Assembly: GCA_964370045.1 (NCBI GenBank)
Contig: CAYJGZ010000006.1
Location: 26,946 to 90,945, forward strand
DNA length: 64,000 nt
Direction of reading: 5' to 3'
Source: an uncultured Oscillospiraceae bacterium
GTDB taxonomy: Bacteria > Bacillota > Clostridia > Oscillospirales > Ruminococcaceae
Shown here: positions 25,918-35,471 of the stretch, in pieces
How the letters are laid out: every line of letters starts with the position of its first letter
How positions within the stretch are numbered: position 1 is the first letter of the stretch
Notes under the pieces: model-generated
Told to the model about the DNA's origin: nothing
Database searches by the model: none
The model's input: the letters and a program-made list of their open reading frames with translations, nothing else
Program-made: the position numbers and the translations under genes

Positions 25918-26820
25918 TTAAACCCCCAGCATACCGCCCGCACGCTTCAGAAGGCTCTCCGCTTGCTCAAAGTATGTCGAGACACTCGCAAGGCGATTTT
26001 CCGCCGCATCCTTTGCAGCTTTTTGTGCCTCAATTTCCTGCAAGGCCTGCTCGTAGTCCGCACGGCTTACTTCACCCCCTGCGCCCTCGCACAGCGGCGC
26101 ATAGGGTATGTTGCCTAAATCTCTCGCAAGTTGCATCAGCGGCACTTGGTCGCCTGCCGACACCGCTACGTTCGTCTTGATAACACCGCCACTTTCGTTG
26201 TAGGGTATTCCTTTTTGGCTTAGCATCGTTCTGAACTGCGCCGCATCCCCCTGCGACATTGCACCGAACTGCATTTTTGTGGGGCTTGTGCTCATGGGCA
26301 TAGTTTCTCCTCCTTCGCTCTCGTTAAGTTTGTTTGCCTCGTCTGTAATGTACTGCATCCTGCTTAAAAGATACGGCCCCGGGCAGGCGGTGGCGGCGTA
26401 CATGCTGTGCCATGTGAGCGTTTCGCCGCATATCAGCGGATGCAAACCGCACCGCTTTGCGATGTCCGCCACAAGTTGGATGAGTGTTTGCAGCGTTGCG
26501 TCCGACACAGGCCAGTCGGGTTCGCCGCCGCTGTTCGCCGTCTCGATGGTGACCGACGTGCAGTTGGATGCCCAGTTGCTATCTGTCCACGCTATGTCGT
26601 TTTCGGCGACATACTGCCCCACCTGTGTGCCGTTTACCCCATAGTGGGACGAGCCCTGCCGCCCCGGCGTTTGCCACAGCCAGCCCAGCTGTTCCACAGA
26701 CAGGTTCCCCGCCATGTGGTGTATGGTGATTTTTCCGATTTCGCCGTATTTTGCACGTCCTGCCGTGTAATTACCCACATATGCAGGCATAAGGCAAGTA
26801 GCAAGCCGTGAATCACTCAT
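25918..26820 (-). CDS. N-acetylmuramoyl-L-alanine amidase (Amidase_2/PGRP-type endolysin)
   Basis: ORF 25918..26844. Start at ATG 26820 behind AAGGAGGA. ITIHHMAGNL...GSSHYGV...AWTDSNWASNCTSVTIETAN is an Amidase_2 pattern. The C-terminal half is probably a cell-wall-binding region. Confidence 0.85.
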   Translation of the reverse strand: MSDSRLATCLMPAYVGNYTAGRAKYGEIGKITIHHMAGNLSVEQLGWLWQTPGRQGSSHYGVNGTQVGQYVAENDIAWTDSNWASNCTSVTIETANSGGEPDWPVSDATLQTLIQLVADIAKRCGLHPLICGETLTWHSMYAATACPGPYLLSRMQYITDEANKLNESEGGETMPMSTSPTKMQFGAMSQGDAAQFRTMLSQKGIPYNESGGVIKTNVAVSAGDQVPLMQLARDLGNIPYAPLCEGAGGEVSRADYEQALQEIEAQKAAKDAAENRLASVSTYFEQAESLLKRAGGMLGV

Positions 26821-26947
26821 GCGCTTTTTCCTCCTTTTGCTCACTCTTTCCCTCGGTGTAAATCGCCTCTTTTGGGATGTCTTTTCCTGCGCCGGCGCAA
26901 GGGTCAGCGTCGAACTGCTGTAGGGTACTATTTTGGGTCTTGTCCAT
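26813..26947 (-). CDS. Small hypothetical ORF (44 aa) coupled to the endolysin
   Basis: Not in the ORF track (<60 aa). ATG 26947 lies behind CGGAGGTAG. Reads MDKTQNSTLQQFDADPCAGAGKDIPKEAIYTEGKSEQKEEKAHE. Its TGA (26815-26813) overlaps the first codons after the endolysin ATG. Confidence 0.3.
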   Translation of the reverse strand: MDKTQNSTLQQFDADPCAGAGKDIPKEAIYTEGKSEQKEEKAHE

Positions 26948-27048
26948 TTTAACTACCTCCGTTTTTTTGCTGACTTTACTTTAGGCTGAAACGGACAAAA
27001 TATAGTGGCATACTTGTCACATGTCATAAAATATTCCCCAAAAAAGGC

Positions 27049-27127
27049 GTTGCAAATGCGGCGATTTAGTTTTTTACTATGTCCTGCGCTTACCGTATTC
27101 TAAATCATTTTTATGTGTCCACTCCTC
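27049..27127 (-). mobile_element. MITE-like repeat family A, short copy (A3)
   Basis: Reverse complement GAGGAGTGGACACATAAAAATGATTTAGAATACGG...AAATCGCCGCATTTGCAAC. Carries both family A end modules with a short interior. Confidence 0.5.
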
Positions 27128-27147
27128 AAAAAAAATAGTGTACAAAA

Positions 27148-27176
27148 CAAAAAAACACCCTCTCGGGTGTTTTTTG
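27148..27176. terminator. Intrinsic terminator after the kinase gene
   Basis: Stem acaccc / gggtgt with loop tctc, flanked by A7 and T5. Confidence 0.65.
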
Positions 27177-27223
27177 TTAAGGTTCACTTGTCAGCTTGAG
27201 ATTCAAAATCTTAGTAAATATAT

Positions 27224-28525
27224 TTACTTGCCTGTTTTCATAATATCTGAAGCCACTGTAAAAAAGTCCTCTTTACCGAAATTTCCCGATTTAAGCACTA
27301 TGCGCACACCGCTGTTTGTGGTGGGTATCATAATAGGAACGCCCTCCTCCACCGACTCGCCCACAAAAAAGCTGTCGTAGCCCAGCGCCTGCGTCACTGC
27401 GCCGGAGGTTTCCCCGCCCGCAACAGTAATGCGGCTGATGCCTATTTTCAGAGCGAAAGCCGCAACCCGTGCAACAACACCCTCAATAAGGCCAAGCACC
27501 TTTTCAATGCCAAGCTCCTGGTTTTTGCGCACGGCGCTCGGCGTGTCTGTACTGTACAAAAGAATATCACGCTGGCGGTTGTCCTCAACAAACTGCATGA
27601 AATCCCCGATGGTTTGCTCGCCACTCGCCAGCATTTCGGGCACAATTTTCAGCGAAGCACCGCCACGATTTATAAAGTGAGCCACCTGCGCATTTGTGAC
27701 CTCGGAGCAGCTTCCCGAAAGAGTGAGGCATCCCATTTTGTCCTGTGTCAGCGGAGGGAGGGGTTTTTGCTCGCCCGATGCGAGTGTATCCTTTGTCCAC
27801 ATTTCAGCAAGCGCCCAGCCAAGGCCGGAGCCGCCCGTCAAAAATGGCAAATGCCCGAATATTTCCACAATTCTTTGTGCATCTTCTTCAAACTCATAGT
27901 CCGGCACAACATAAAAATAGGGGTGCCTTTTTTGCACATCGGCCATATAATCGGTGATGCTGCTTGCATCTTTTTGCATATCCTGCCGGCTTATAGGCAT
28001 ACACATCCAGGAGCTTTGCATCTGCATCAGCTTGCACACATCGCTGTCCCTCATGGGGGTGAGCGGGTGCTCGCCCATGGGGCTTTCGTGCAGCGGCACA
28101 CCATCCACATACAGGTGCCCACCTCGCACTATACGGCCGTTCACAGGCAGGGAGGGGCAGAGGACAGTATACGGTATATCGTACTTTTCCAGCACTGCAT
28201 CCGCCACAGGGCCTATGTTGCCCTCGGCGGTGGAGTTAAAGGTGGAGCAGTACTTAAAGTACATTTGCTTTACACCCTGCTTTTTCAGCCAGTCCAGTGC
28301 CGCAAGGCTTTGCGATACCGCTTCTTTTGGTGAAAGTGCACGTGTTTTCAGCGCTATCACCATCACACCGGGCATGTCGCCTTCGTGGTTTTTGCTCGGT
28401 ATGCCGTTGTAAATCGCAGTAGAAAGCCCACCCTTCGCAAAAAAGGAGGCAATGTCGCTTGCGCCTGTAAAGTCGTCCGCAATGCAGCCGATAATGGGAT
28501 ACTTTTGTTCAGACAATATTTTCAC
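27224..28525 (-). CDS. Four-carbon acid sugar kinase family protein (DUF1537; OtnK/DtnK-like)
   Basis: 433-aa ORF. N-terminal IGCIADDFTGASDIASFF motif characteristic of the family. Lies 21 nt downstream of gpmI. Confidence 0.8.
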   Translation of the reverse strand: MKILSEQKYPIIGCIADDFTGASDIASFFAKGGLSTAIYNGIPSKNHEGDMPGVMVIALKTRALSPKEAVSQSLAALDWLKKQGVKQMYFKYCSTFNSTAEGNIGPVADAVLEKYDIPYTVLCPSLPVNGRIVRGGHLYVDGVPLHESPMGEHPLTPMRDSDVCKLMQMQSSWMCMPISRQDMQKDASSITDYMADVQKRHPYFYVVPDYEFEEDAQRIVEIFGHLPFLTGGSGLGWALAEMWTKDTLASGEQKPLPPLTQDKMGCLTLSGSCSEVTNAQVAHFINRGGASLKIVPEMLASGEQTIGDFMQFVEDNRQRDILLYSTDTPSAVRKNQELGIEKVLGLIEGVVARVAAFALKIGISRITVAGGETSGAVTQALGYDSFFVGESVEEGVPIMIPTTNSGVRIVLKSGNFGKEDFFTVASDIMKTGK

Positions 28526-28546
28526 TACCTTAGATGTAAATTTTTG

Positions 28547-30058
28547 TCACAGAATAATACTTTTGCCCTGCATTTCGCTCGGCGTGGGAAGCTCTAGAAG
28601 TTTTAGCATAGTAGGGGCAATATCCGCCAAAACTCCGCCCTCTCGTAGATTTACATCCCCCGCTCCCATAACAATTAGTGGCACGGGATTTGTGGTGTGC
28701 GCAGTAAAAGGCGCTTTATTTTCGGCATACATTTTTTCAGCATTGCCGTGGTCCGCCGTGAGTAGCACAACACCGCCCTGCTGTAAAACGGCGCTCACCA
28801 CCTGCCCAACGGCGCTGTCCACCGCCTGCACAGCCTGCACAGCCGCATCAAAAATGCCCGTGTGCCCCACCATGTCGCCATTGGCAAAGTTCAGGATAAT
28901 AACGTCATATTTCCCCGAGTTTATACAGGTGACACACTCGTGCGCAACCTTTGCCGCGCTCATTTCGGGCATAAGGTCGTAGGTGGGCACTTTGGGGCTG
29001 TTCACCAGCACTCTGTCCTCATTTGGGAAAGTTTTTTCCACACCACCGTTGAAAAAGAAGGTAACATGCGCATACTTTTCCGTCTCCGCAATGCGTAGCT
29101 GTGTCTTATCACACTCCGCAAGATATGCTCCCAAAACATTGTCAAGGTTTTGCGGTGAGAACGCAACACGTACGTTTGGCATGGTGGCATCGTACTGTGT
29201 GAGACACACGTAGTTGAGCGCAAAGCGCCCAAATTTACGCTCAAATCCTGTAAAGGCATCATCCACAAGCGCACGTGTTATCTCCCGTGCACGGTCGGGG
29301 CGGAAGTTAAAAAATATCAGCGAGTCCCCCTCGGAGAGTCTGCCGCCCTCGCACGTAACCGCCGGAATGACAAACTCATCTGTCACGCCTGCGTCATAAG
29401 AGCGGCGCATCACCTCGAGCGGCTCGCCCTTGTCCCCCTCGCCGTACACAAAGGCGGCATACGCTTTTTGCACCCTATCCCAGCGGTTGTCCCTGTCCAT
29501 AGCGTAGTAGCGGCCCGTTATGGTGGCAATCTTGCCCACGCCTATCCTTTGCATCTCATCCAAAAGGTTTTGTATATGCTGAATGCCGCTGTCCGGCGCA
29601 ACATCCCGCCCGTCCATTATTGCGTGCACAAAAACTTCCGCAAGGCCAATATTTTTCGCCATTTCAAGCAGTGCGTACAGGTGTGTATTGTGGCTGTGCA
29701 CTCCGCCGTCACTCACAAGCCCCATAAGGTGCAGTGCCTTGCCTGCGCTTTTTACGGCGCTCATTGCCTCGCACAAGGCGGCGTTTTCAAAAAAGTCGCC
29801 GTCCTTTATGGACTTTGTTATGCGTGTTAGGTCCTGGTAGACAATGCGCCCTGCGCCGATGTTTGTGTGCCCCACCTCGCTGTTGCCCATTTGGCCGTCG
29901 GGCAGGCCCACATCAAGGCCGCTCGCCCCCACCAGTGTGTGTGGGTACTGCTCAAAGTAGCTGTCGATGTTTGGTGTTTTTGCCGCTGTAATGGCATTTC
30001 CATAGCTTTCGGGGCTGTAGCCGTAGCCATCCATAATGCACAATAAAACAGGTTTCAT
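28547..30058 (-). CDS. gpmI: 2,3-bisphosphoglycerate-independent phosphoglycerate mutase
   Basis: 503 aa. MKPVLLCIMDGYGYSP..., GNSEVGHTNIGAGR, ADHGNAE motifs. Follows tpiA as in typical Firmicute glycolytic operons. Confidence 0.95.
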   Translation of the reverse strand: MKPVLLCIMDGYGYSPESYGNAITAAKTPNIDSYFEQYPHTLVGASGLDVGLPDGQMGNSEVGHTNIGAGRIVYQDLTRITKSIKDGDFFENAALCEAMSAVKSAGKALHLMGLVSDGGVHSHNTHLYALLEMAKNIGLAEVFVHAIMDGRDVAPDSGIQHIQNLLDEMQRIGVGKIATITGRYYAMDRDNRWDRVQKAYAAFVYGEGDKGEPLEVMRRSYDAGVTDEFVIPAVTCEGGRLSEGDSLIFFNFRPDRAREITRALVDDAFTGFERKFGRFALNYVCLTQYDATMPNVRVAFSPQNLDNVLGAYLAECDKTQLRIAETEKYAHVTFFFNGGVEKTFPNEDRVLVNSPKVPTYDLMPEMSAAKVAHECVTCINSGKYDVIILNFANGDMVGHTGIFDAAVQAVQAVDSAVGQVVSAVLQQGGVVLLTADHGNAEKMYAENKAPFTAHTTNPVPLIVMGAGDVNLREGGVLADIAPTMLKLLELPTPSEMQGKSIIL

Positions 30059-30080
30059 ATGTATCTCCTATATTCTCATG

Positions 30081-30119
30081 AAAAACGACACCGCACACAC
30101 TTCCACCCGTGCGGTGTCG
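30081..30119 (-). terminator. Hairpin + T-run between tpiA and gpmI (internal terminator/attenuator candidate)
   Basis: Stem cgacaccgcac / gtgcggtgtcg (30086-30119), followed on the minus strand by T5 (A5 at 30081-30085). Confidence 0.4.
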
Positions 30120-30141
30120 CATGTCATTCCTTGGGCGAATA

Positions 30142-30909
30142 TTAAACGCTTGCCGCCTTGATGATAGCCGCAAAGTCGGCAGGCTTTAGGCTTGCGCCAC
30201 CAATAAGCCCCCCGTCCACATCCGGCTGGGAAAGAAGCTCTTCGGCGTTTGCCGCATTCATGCTGCCGCCGTACTGTATGCTCACGCTGTCCGCCACATC
30301 CTGCCCGTACAGCTCCGCCAAAAGGTTACGTATTGCACAGCACACATCCTGTGCCTGCTGTGCTGTGGCGGTGCGCCCTGTGCCTATCGCCCACACAGGC
30401 TCGTATGCGATAATCACGCTTTGCATCTCCTGTGCGCTGAAGCCCTGCAACGCCACCTTTGTTTGCAGGCGCACCACTTCCTCGGTTATGCCCTGCTCAC
30501 GCTGTTGTAGCAGCTCGCCCACGCACACAATGGCGCAAAGCCCTGCCGCCACCGCCGCCTTTGCACGAAGGTTTACGGTCTCGTCCGTCTCGGCAAAGTA
30601 CTGCCTGCGCTCCGAGTGCCCCACGATAGCGTACTTCACGCCCATCTCCGCCAGCATGTCGGCAGAGATTTCCCCCGTGTAAGCGCCGCTTTTTTCAAAA
30701 TGCACGTTTTGTGCACCAACCGAGACACAGCTGTCCTTTGTGTTTTCCAGCGCTGTGCAAAGGCTCACGTATGTGGGGCAAATCACCACATCACAGGTGG
30801 CATCCTTTGCGATTTGTGCAATCTCTTTGGCAAGTGCTCCTGCCTCGGCAGGTGTTTTGTTCATCTTCCAGTTGCCTGCGATAACCGCCTTGCGCTTTGA
30901 CTTATCCAT
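30142..30909 (-). CDS. tpiA: Triosephosphate isomerase
   Basis: 255 aa. AGNWKMNKT, IVGHSERR and AYEPVWAIGTG motifs. Confidence 0.95.
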   Translation of the reverse strand: MDKSKRKAVIAGNWKMNKTPAEAGALAKEIAQIAKDATCDVVICPTYVSLCTALENTKDSCVSVGAQNVHFEKSGAYTGEISADMLAEMGVKYAIVGHSERRQYFAETDETVNLRAKAAVAAGLCAIVCVGELLQQREQGITEEVVRLQTKVALQGFSAQEMQSVIIAYEPVWAIGTGRTATAQQAQDVCCAIRNLLAELYGQDVADSVSIQYGGSMNAANAEELLSQPDVDGGLIGGASLKPADFAAIIKAASV

Positions 30910-30962
30910 GTATATTTATCCCCCTGATTTATGTTTAGTTTGTGGACACTATATAAGTGACA

Positions 30963-32168
30963 TTACTCGTCCGCAATAGCCGCAATGCCGGGAAGCGCCT
31001 TACCCTCAAGGTACTCAAGGCTTGCGCCGCCACCTGTGGAAATGTGCGTCATCTTATCCGCAAGGCCCAGCTGTACCACTGCGGCGGCGGAGTCGCCCCC
31101 TCCGATAATGGTGCTTGCGCTGGAGTCCGCCATCGCCTTTGCAACGGCAAGCGTGCCCTTATTTAAGAGTGAGTTTTCAAAAACGCCCATAGGCCCGTTC
31201 CACACCACCGTCTTTGCGTCCTTTACGGCATTTGCGTAAATTTCGCTCGTCTTAGCGCCTATATCAAGGCCGATGCCCTCCTTGGGCATAGCGGTGGCAT
31301 CCACGTTTTGCACGGGTATTTGCGCATCAATGGGGTTTGGGAAAGCGTCCGCCACCACAGTGTCCACCGGCAAAAGCAGGCTTACATTCTTTTCCTTCGC
31401 CTTTTTAATCATGTCGGCACAGTAGCTCAGCTTTTCCTCGTCCACAAGGCTCTTGCCCACCTCAAGCCCCTGCGCTTTCAAAAAGGTAAACGCCATGCCG
31501 CCGCCGATGATAAGCGTGTCCACCTTGTTCAGCAGGTTGTCTATTACCAGCAGCTTGTCCGCTATTTTTGCGCCGCCGAGTATTGCAACAAAGGGGCGCT
31601 GTGGGCTGTTCACTGCGTTGCCAAGGTACTCAATCTCCTTGCCCATAAGGTAGCCCACCGCCGTCTCGCTGACAAATTCTGTAACGCCCACTGTGGAGCA
31701 GTGTGCACGGTGTGCCGAGCCGAACGCATCGTTTACATACGCATCGCACAAAGAGGCAAGCTCTTTGCTGAATTCGGGCAGGTTTTTTGTCTCCTCCGCA
31801 CGAAAACGGGTGTTTTGCAAAAGCACCACATCGCCCGCATTCATGGCGTCCACCGCTTTTTTTGCGTTTTCGCCCACAACGGTATCATCATCCGCAAACA
31901 CCACATCCTTGCCCAAAAGCTGGCCAAGGCGCACAGCGCAGGGCAAAAGGGAAAACTTTGCGTCGGGTGCTTTGGGCTTGCCCAAATGACTGCACAGAAT
32001 AAGCTTTGCATCCTTCTCTATCAGCTTTCTAATTGTCGGAAGCGCCGCCACAATACGGTTGTCGTTTGTGATAGCGCCATCTTTCATAGGCACGTTAAAG
32101 TCCACCCGAACCAAAACACGCTTGTTTGCAACGTCGATGTTGTCCACTGTTTTTTTGCCAAGTCCCAT
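30963..32168 (-). CDS. pgk: Phosphoglycerate kinase
   Basis: ORF 30963..32177. The start is taken at ATG 32168 ([13 protein letters not shown]...). RVDFNVP, SHLGKP and GGGDSAAAV motifs. Confidence 0.95.
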   Translation of the reverse strand: MGLGKKTVDNIDVANKRVLVRVDFNVPMKDGAITNDNRIVAALPTIRKLIEKDAKLILCSHLGKPKAPDAKFSLLPCAVRLGQLLGKDVVFADDDTVVGENAKKAVDAMNAGDVVLLQNTRFRAEETKNLPEFSKELASLCDAYVNDAFGSAHRAHCSTVGVTEFVSETAVGYLMGKEIEYLGNAVNSPQRPFVAILGGAKIADKLLVIDNLLNKVDTLIIGGGMAFTFLKAQGLEVGKSLVDEEKLSYCADMIKKAKEKNVSLLLPVDTVVADAFPNPIDAQIPVQNVDATAMPKEGIGLDIGAKTSEIYANAVKDAKTVVWNGPMGVFENSLLNKGTLAVAKAMADSSASTIIGGGDSAAAVVQLGLADKMTHISTGGGASLEYLEGKALPGIAAIADE

Positions 32169-32247
32169 TTCAAACACCCTTTCAAATAAAGTTTGTGTTG
32201 TTTGCTGTGTAACACAGCAAAATCATACCGTATATTTTACCTTAATT

Positions 32248-32276
32248 ATTATACCCAATTTACGCACCCCCCGCAA
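32248..32276 (-). promoter_or_regulatory. Sigma-70-type promoter for the pgk operon
   Basis: Minus strand TTGCGG (32276-32271), 17-nt spacer, TATAAT (32253-32248). Confidence 0.45.
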
Positions 32277-32441
32277 GGAAAAAAAGCGCCTACACCAAAT
32301 ATATCCCTCCAAAAAAGCACAGAGTGACAATGTTTGACACTTTGTGGCGACTGTGTTATTATATTCAGCGTGATGCCTTGTATAAAAGTTACAGCTTGTG
32401 TTCTTTTTATTCAAATTTTTCCAAAGCAGGGTGGTAATATA

Positions 32442-32843
32442 ATGAAATACGAGCTAACCCCCGACCTATTCACAGGCCATGCGATGATTGACTCACAGCA
32501 CAAGGAACTTTTCAAGGCCATAGATAACCTTATGCAGGCATGTGCCACAGGCAAGGGCAGAGCCTCCATAGAGAGCACGTTCAAGTTTTTGCAAAGCTAC
32601 ACCGTAAAGCACTTCGCGGACGAGGAAAAATTGCAGCAGTCGGTGCATTTCCCCGACTATACAAGACATGTAAAGCTACATGTAGCCTACAAAACGCTAA
32701 GCCAAAAGGTAGGCGACACACTGATAAAGGAAGGCCCCACAATCAAGGCATTGGCCGACCTCAACAGCGCCGTATCCGTTTTGATTAACCATGTCAAGAT
32801 GGAGGACAAAAAGATAGCCGACTTTATTAAGTCCTCAAAGTAA
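32442..32843 (+). CDS. Bacteriohemerythrin (hemerythrin-like metal-binding protein)
   Basis: ORF 32334..32843. Start at ATG 32442 (MKYELTPDLFTGHAMIDSQHKELF...). H...H...E / H...H...D iron-ligand spacing (IDSQHKELF, KHFADEE, NHVKMEDKK). Confidence 0.8.
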   Translation: MKYELTPDLFTGHAMIDSQHKELFKAIDNLMQACATGKGRASIESTFKFLQSYTVKHFADEEKLQQSVHFPDYTRHVKLHVAYKTLSQKVGDTLIKEGPTIKALADLNSAVSVLINHVKMEDKKIADFIKSSK

Positions 32844-32907
32844 GATAGGTTTGCCACTCGGTCTTTTGGGAGGTTTTTTGCACAAAAGACCGATGAAAAT
32901 TACACAC

Positions 32908-32996
32908 GGAGACGTACCGAAGTGGTCATAACGGGGCGGTCTTGAAAACCGTTAGGGTGCAAGCCCACAAGAGTTCGAATCTCTTCGTCTCCGCCA
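32908..32996 (+). tRNA. tRNA-Ser (anticodon TGA)
   Basis: GGAGACGTACCGAAGTGGTCATAACGGGGCGGTCTTGAAAACCGTTAGGGTGCAAGCCCACAAGAGTTCGAATCTCTTCGTCTCCGCCA. Anticodon loop CTTGAAA, long variable arm, encoded CCA. Confidence 0.95.
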
Positions 32997-33016
32997 CGCA
33001 CGCATATTTGCGTTAG

Positions 33017-33050
33017 CAAAAACAGCCTTGCTTTTGCAAGGCTGTTTTTG
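33017..33050 (+). terminator. Intrinsic terminator after tRNA-Ser(TGA)
   Basis: Stem aaaacagccttgc / gcaaggctgtttt with loop tttt and a T-run. Confidence 0.7.
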
Positions 33051-33417
33051 CTTATCCGAAACGCAGTGAAGGACGACGCCGGCTAAAATTTGCCTTTTGT
33101 GCCGAATAGGCGCTAAAAAGGTGAATTGTAGCCAAGGAGCGCAGCTCGAAATTTATATGGCACACAATCACTTTTTCACAGCGACTGCTTGTACAACATA
33201 CTCAAAAAAGAATACTTTCGCCAAAAGTGCGCCACATAACAAAAAATACATATTTTTTACTTTATAAAAAGCATTTTATATGATAGAATATGATGTCACT
33301 ACATAGGAACACACGGCGAGTATTATCCAGTATATTTTTTACTGAGAGTATGGTGCAACGCTATTCTATCCAAGGCAGTGCGCACAAAAAACTATCTATG
33401 GGATGGTTTGAAACTTT

Positions 33418-35373
33418 ATGAGCTATACTTTTTTGGAGCTTGATTATAATCTTATGGCGGAGATTTCCGCACTGCTTATCATCACTGTGTCGATGACAAG
33501 CTTCCTTTTGGATGAAAAAACAGTCTCTTCACGGCATCGGATATTCGGGGTGCTGTATTACGCAACATTTGCATCTATCTTAGTTACGCTGGCATCCATT
33601 ATCACCGCAGAAAACTTCACGGCATTTCCGCTATGGCTCACCGACTTATTTAAGCTTTTGTATTTTCTCACTTCGCCTATCGCTGCGCCCATTGCACTTT
33701 TTTACGCCATATCGCTCGGCTATCGCAAAGGGTTTAAGATTAGCTTTATAAAAAAATATGTGTGGGCATGGCTTCCGTATGCGGTGTACTGCCTTATTGT
33801 GCTGACAAACTTCCTGCATCATGCCGTATTTGTAATTTCACCCACACAGGGCTACGGCAGGGGGCCGCTTGTTCGTATATCCTATATAATAGCCATCTTA
33901 TACGCTGTGCTTATTTTGGCATACACCATAATGAATATACGAAGGCCCCAGCGCACAAGCCTGCTCATAATATGCCTTAATCTGCTTATATCCTCTGTTG
34001 TTTTCGGCCTGCAGCTGTTTTTTCCACCCATACAGCTTTCAGGGCTTGCAAGCGTTTCGGGCATTTTGGTTATTCATTTTTACCTGCAAAGCGTCACCAA
34101 GGTTACCGACCCACTCACCGAGCTCAAAAACCGACAGGCTCTCACCATACAGCTCACACGGCTGTGCGATGCCGGCACCCCCTTTTCATTGATAGTGTGT
34201 AGCCTGCGAAACTTCAAAGGCATAAACGAACGCTTGGGGCTTGAGTTTGGAGACACCCTGCTTGAGTCTTTAGCAATACGCTTCAAAAAAATCTTGCCTC
34301 CGAACGAAATTTACCGCTATTCGGGAGATGAGTTTGCGTGGCTTACCACACACAGGCAGGATATAGCCGAAATACACAACGTTGAGAAGATTGCAGACAG
34401 GGTAGAAATGCCATTTAGCATAGATGGCACATCAATCATGCTGGACATGACATACGCCCGTGTGGACTATCCCGAATTTGGCACAGGGGTAAAGGAGATA
34501 ATCTCCACCATGGACTATTCGCTGTCTATGGTGAAGAAAAACTCGGGCGAGACAAACTACATTTACGATTTGGCCGTGTGCGAAAAAATGCGGCGAAGAA
34601 GCCATATAATAGAACGGCTCAAAGCCGCCATTGCAAACAACGGCTTCGAGGCACACTACCAGCCGATATATGCGGGAAGTAGCAAAAGTTTTCAAATGGC
34701 AGAGGCGCTCATCCGCATGAAAAAGACGCAGGAAGAGCCGATTTATCCGGGCGAGTTCATCCCCATTGCGGAGGAAACCGGCCTTATTGTAAAAATAACG
34801 CTCATGATGCTGGAGATGGTATGTTCCGATTACCGCGACCTGCTGAACAAGCATGAGGATGCGCTGGGCTTGCGCACCATATCCATAAACTTTCCGTATG
34901 TGCAGTTTTCTCTGCCGAATACTGCGCAGGAAGTTACGGACATTTTGCGCAAGTATGACATCCCCTCCGACCGAATACGAATAGAGCTTACCGAGCGAAC
35001 ACTCGCCTCTGACCTACACACCACAAAAAACACCATTGACGAGCTTGTGCGCCGAGGGTTTTCCTTTGAGCTGGACGACTTTGGCGTGGAATACTCAAAC
35101 CTCACCATGTTCCTCAGTATGCCTGTGGATACCATCAAGTTTGACAGAAGCCTTGTGCTGTCCGCCACTGAAACCGAAGTGCGCCGTGTGTTTTTCTTGC
35201 GCTTTTTGCAGGCTGTCAAGGTGGTGGGCATCGAGGTTGTTATGGAGGGCGTGGAGGACGAGGAGCTGCTAAATTTCCTGCTTGAGTGCGGCAGCGACTA
35301 CATACAGGGCTACATCTTCTCAAAGCCTTTGCCACAAGATGAGTTTGTGCACTTTTTAGAGGAGCACCGATAG
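33418..35373 (+). CDS. Polytopic membrane sensor + GGDEF (SGDEF) + EAL protein
   Basis: 651 aa. ~6-7 N-terminal TM helices. GGDEF region (LTELKNRQAL...RYSGDEFAWL). EAL region (AEALIRM, DDFGVEYSNL, KFDRSLV, MEGVEDEELL, YIQGYIFSKP). Confidence 0.85.
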   Translation: MSYTFLELDYNLMAEISALLIITVSMTSFLLDEKTVSSRHRIFGVLYYATFASILVTLASIITAENFTAFPLWLTDLFKLLYFLTSPIAAPIALFYAISLGYRKGFKISFIKKYVWAWLPYAVYCLIVLTNFLHHAVFVISPTQGYGRGPLVRISYIIAILYAVLILAYTIMNIRRPQRTSLLIICLNLLISSVVFGLQLFFPPIQLSGLASVSGILVIHFYLQSVTKVTDPLTELKNRQALTIQLTRLCDAGTPFSLIVCSLRNFKGINERLGLEFGDTLLESLAIRFKKILPPNEIYRYSGDEFAWLTTHRQDIAEIHNVEKIADRVEMPFSIDGTSIMLDMTYARVDYPEFGTGVKEIISTMDYSLSMVKKNSGETNYIYDLAVCEKMRRRSHIIERLKAAIANNGFEAHYQPIYAGSSKSFQMAEALIRMKKTQEEPIYPGEFIPIAEETGLIVKITLMMLEMVCSDYRDLLNKHEDALGLRTISINFPYVQFSLPNTAQEVTDILRKYDIPSDRIRIELTERTLASDLHTTKNTIDELVRRGFSFELDDFGVEYSNLTMFLSMPVDTIKFDRSLVLSATETEVRRVFFLRFLQAVKVVGIEVVMEGVEDEELLNFLLECGSDYIQGYIFSKPLPQDEFVHFLEEHR

Positions 35374-35404
35374 CTCCCCCCCTGCAGGGTAAATTTCACA
35401 CAAT

Positions 35405-35446
35405 AGAAAGCGCCTACACCAAGAAAGTTTGGTGTAGGCGTTTTTC
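35405..35446. terminator. Bidirectional terminator between the GGDEF-EAL gene and the ferredoxin gene
   Basis: Stem cgcctacaccaa / ttggtgtaggcg (35411-35440), flanked by an A-rich stretch and T5. Confidence 0.65.
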
Positions 35447-35471
35447 TTTTATAGGTGTGGTTTTCACCTCG

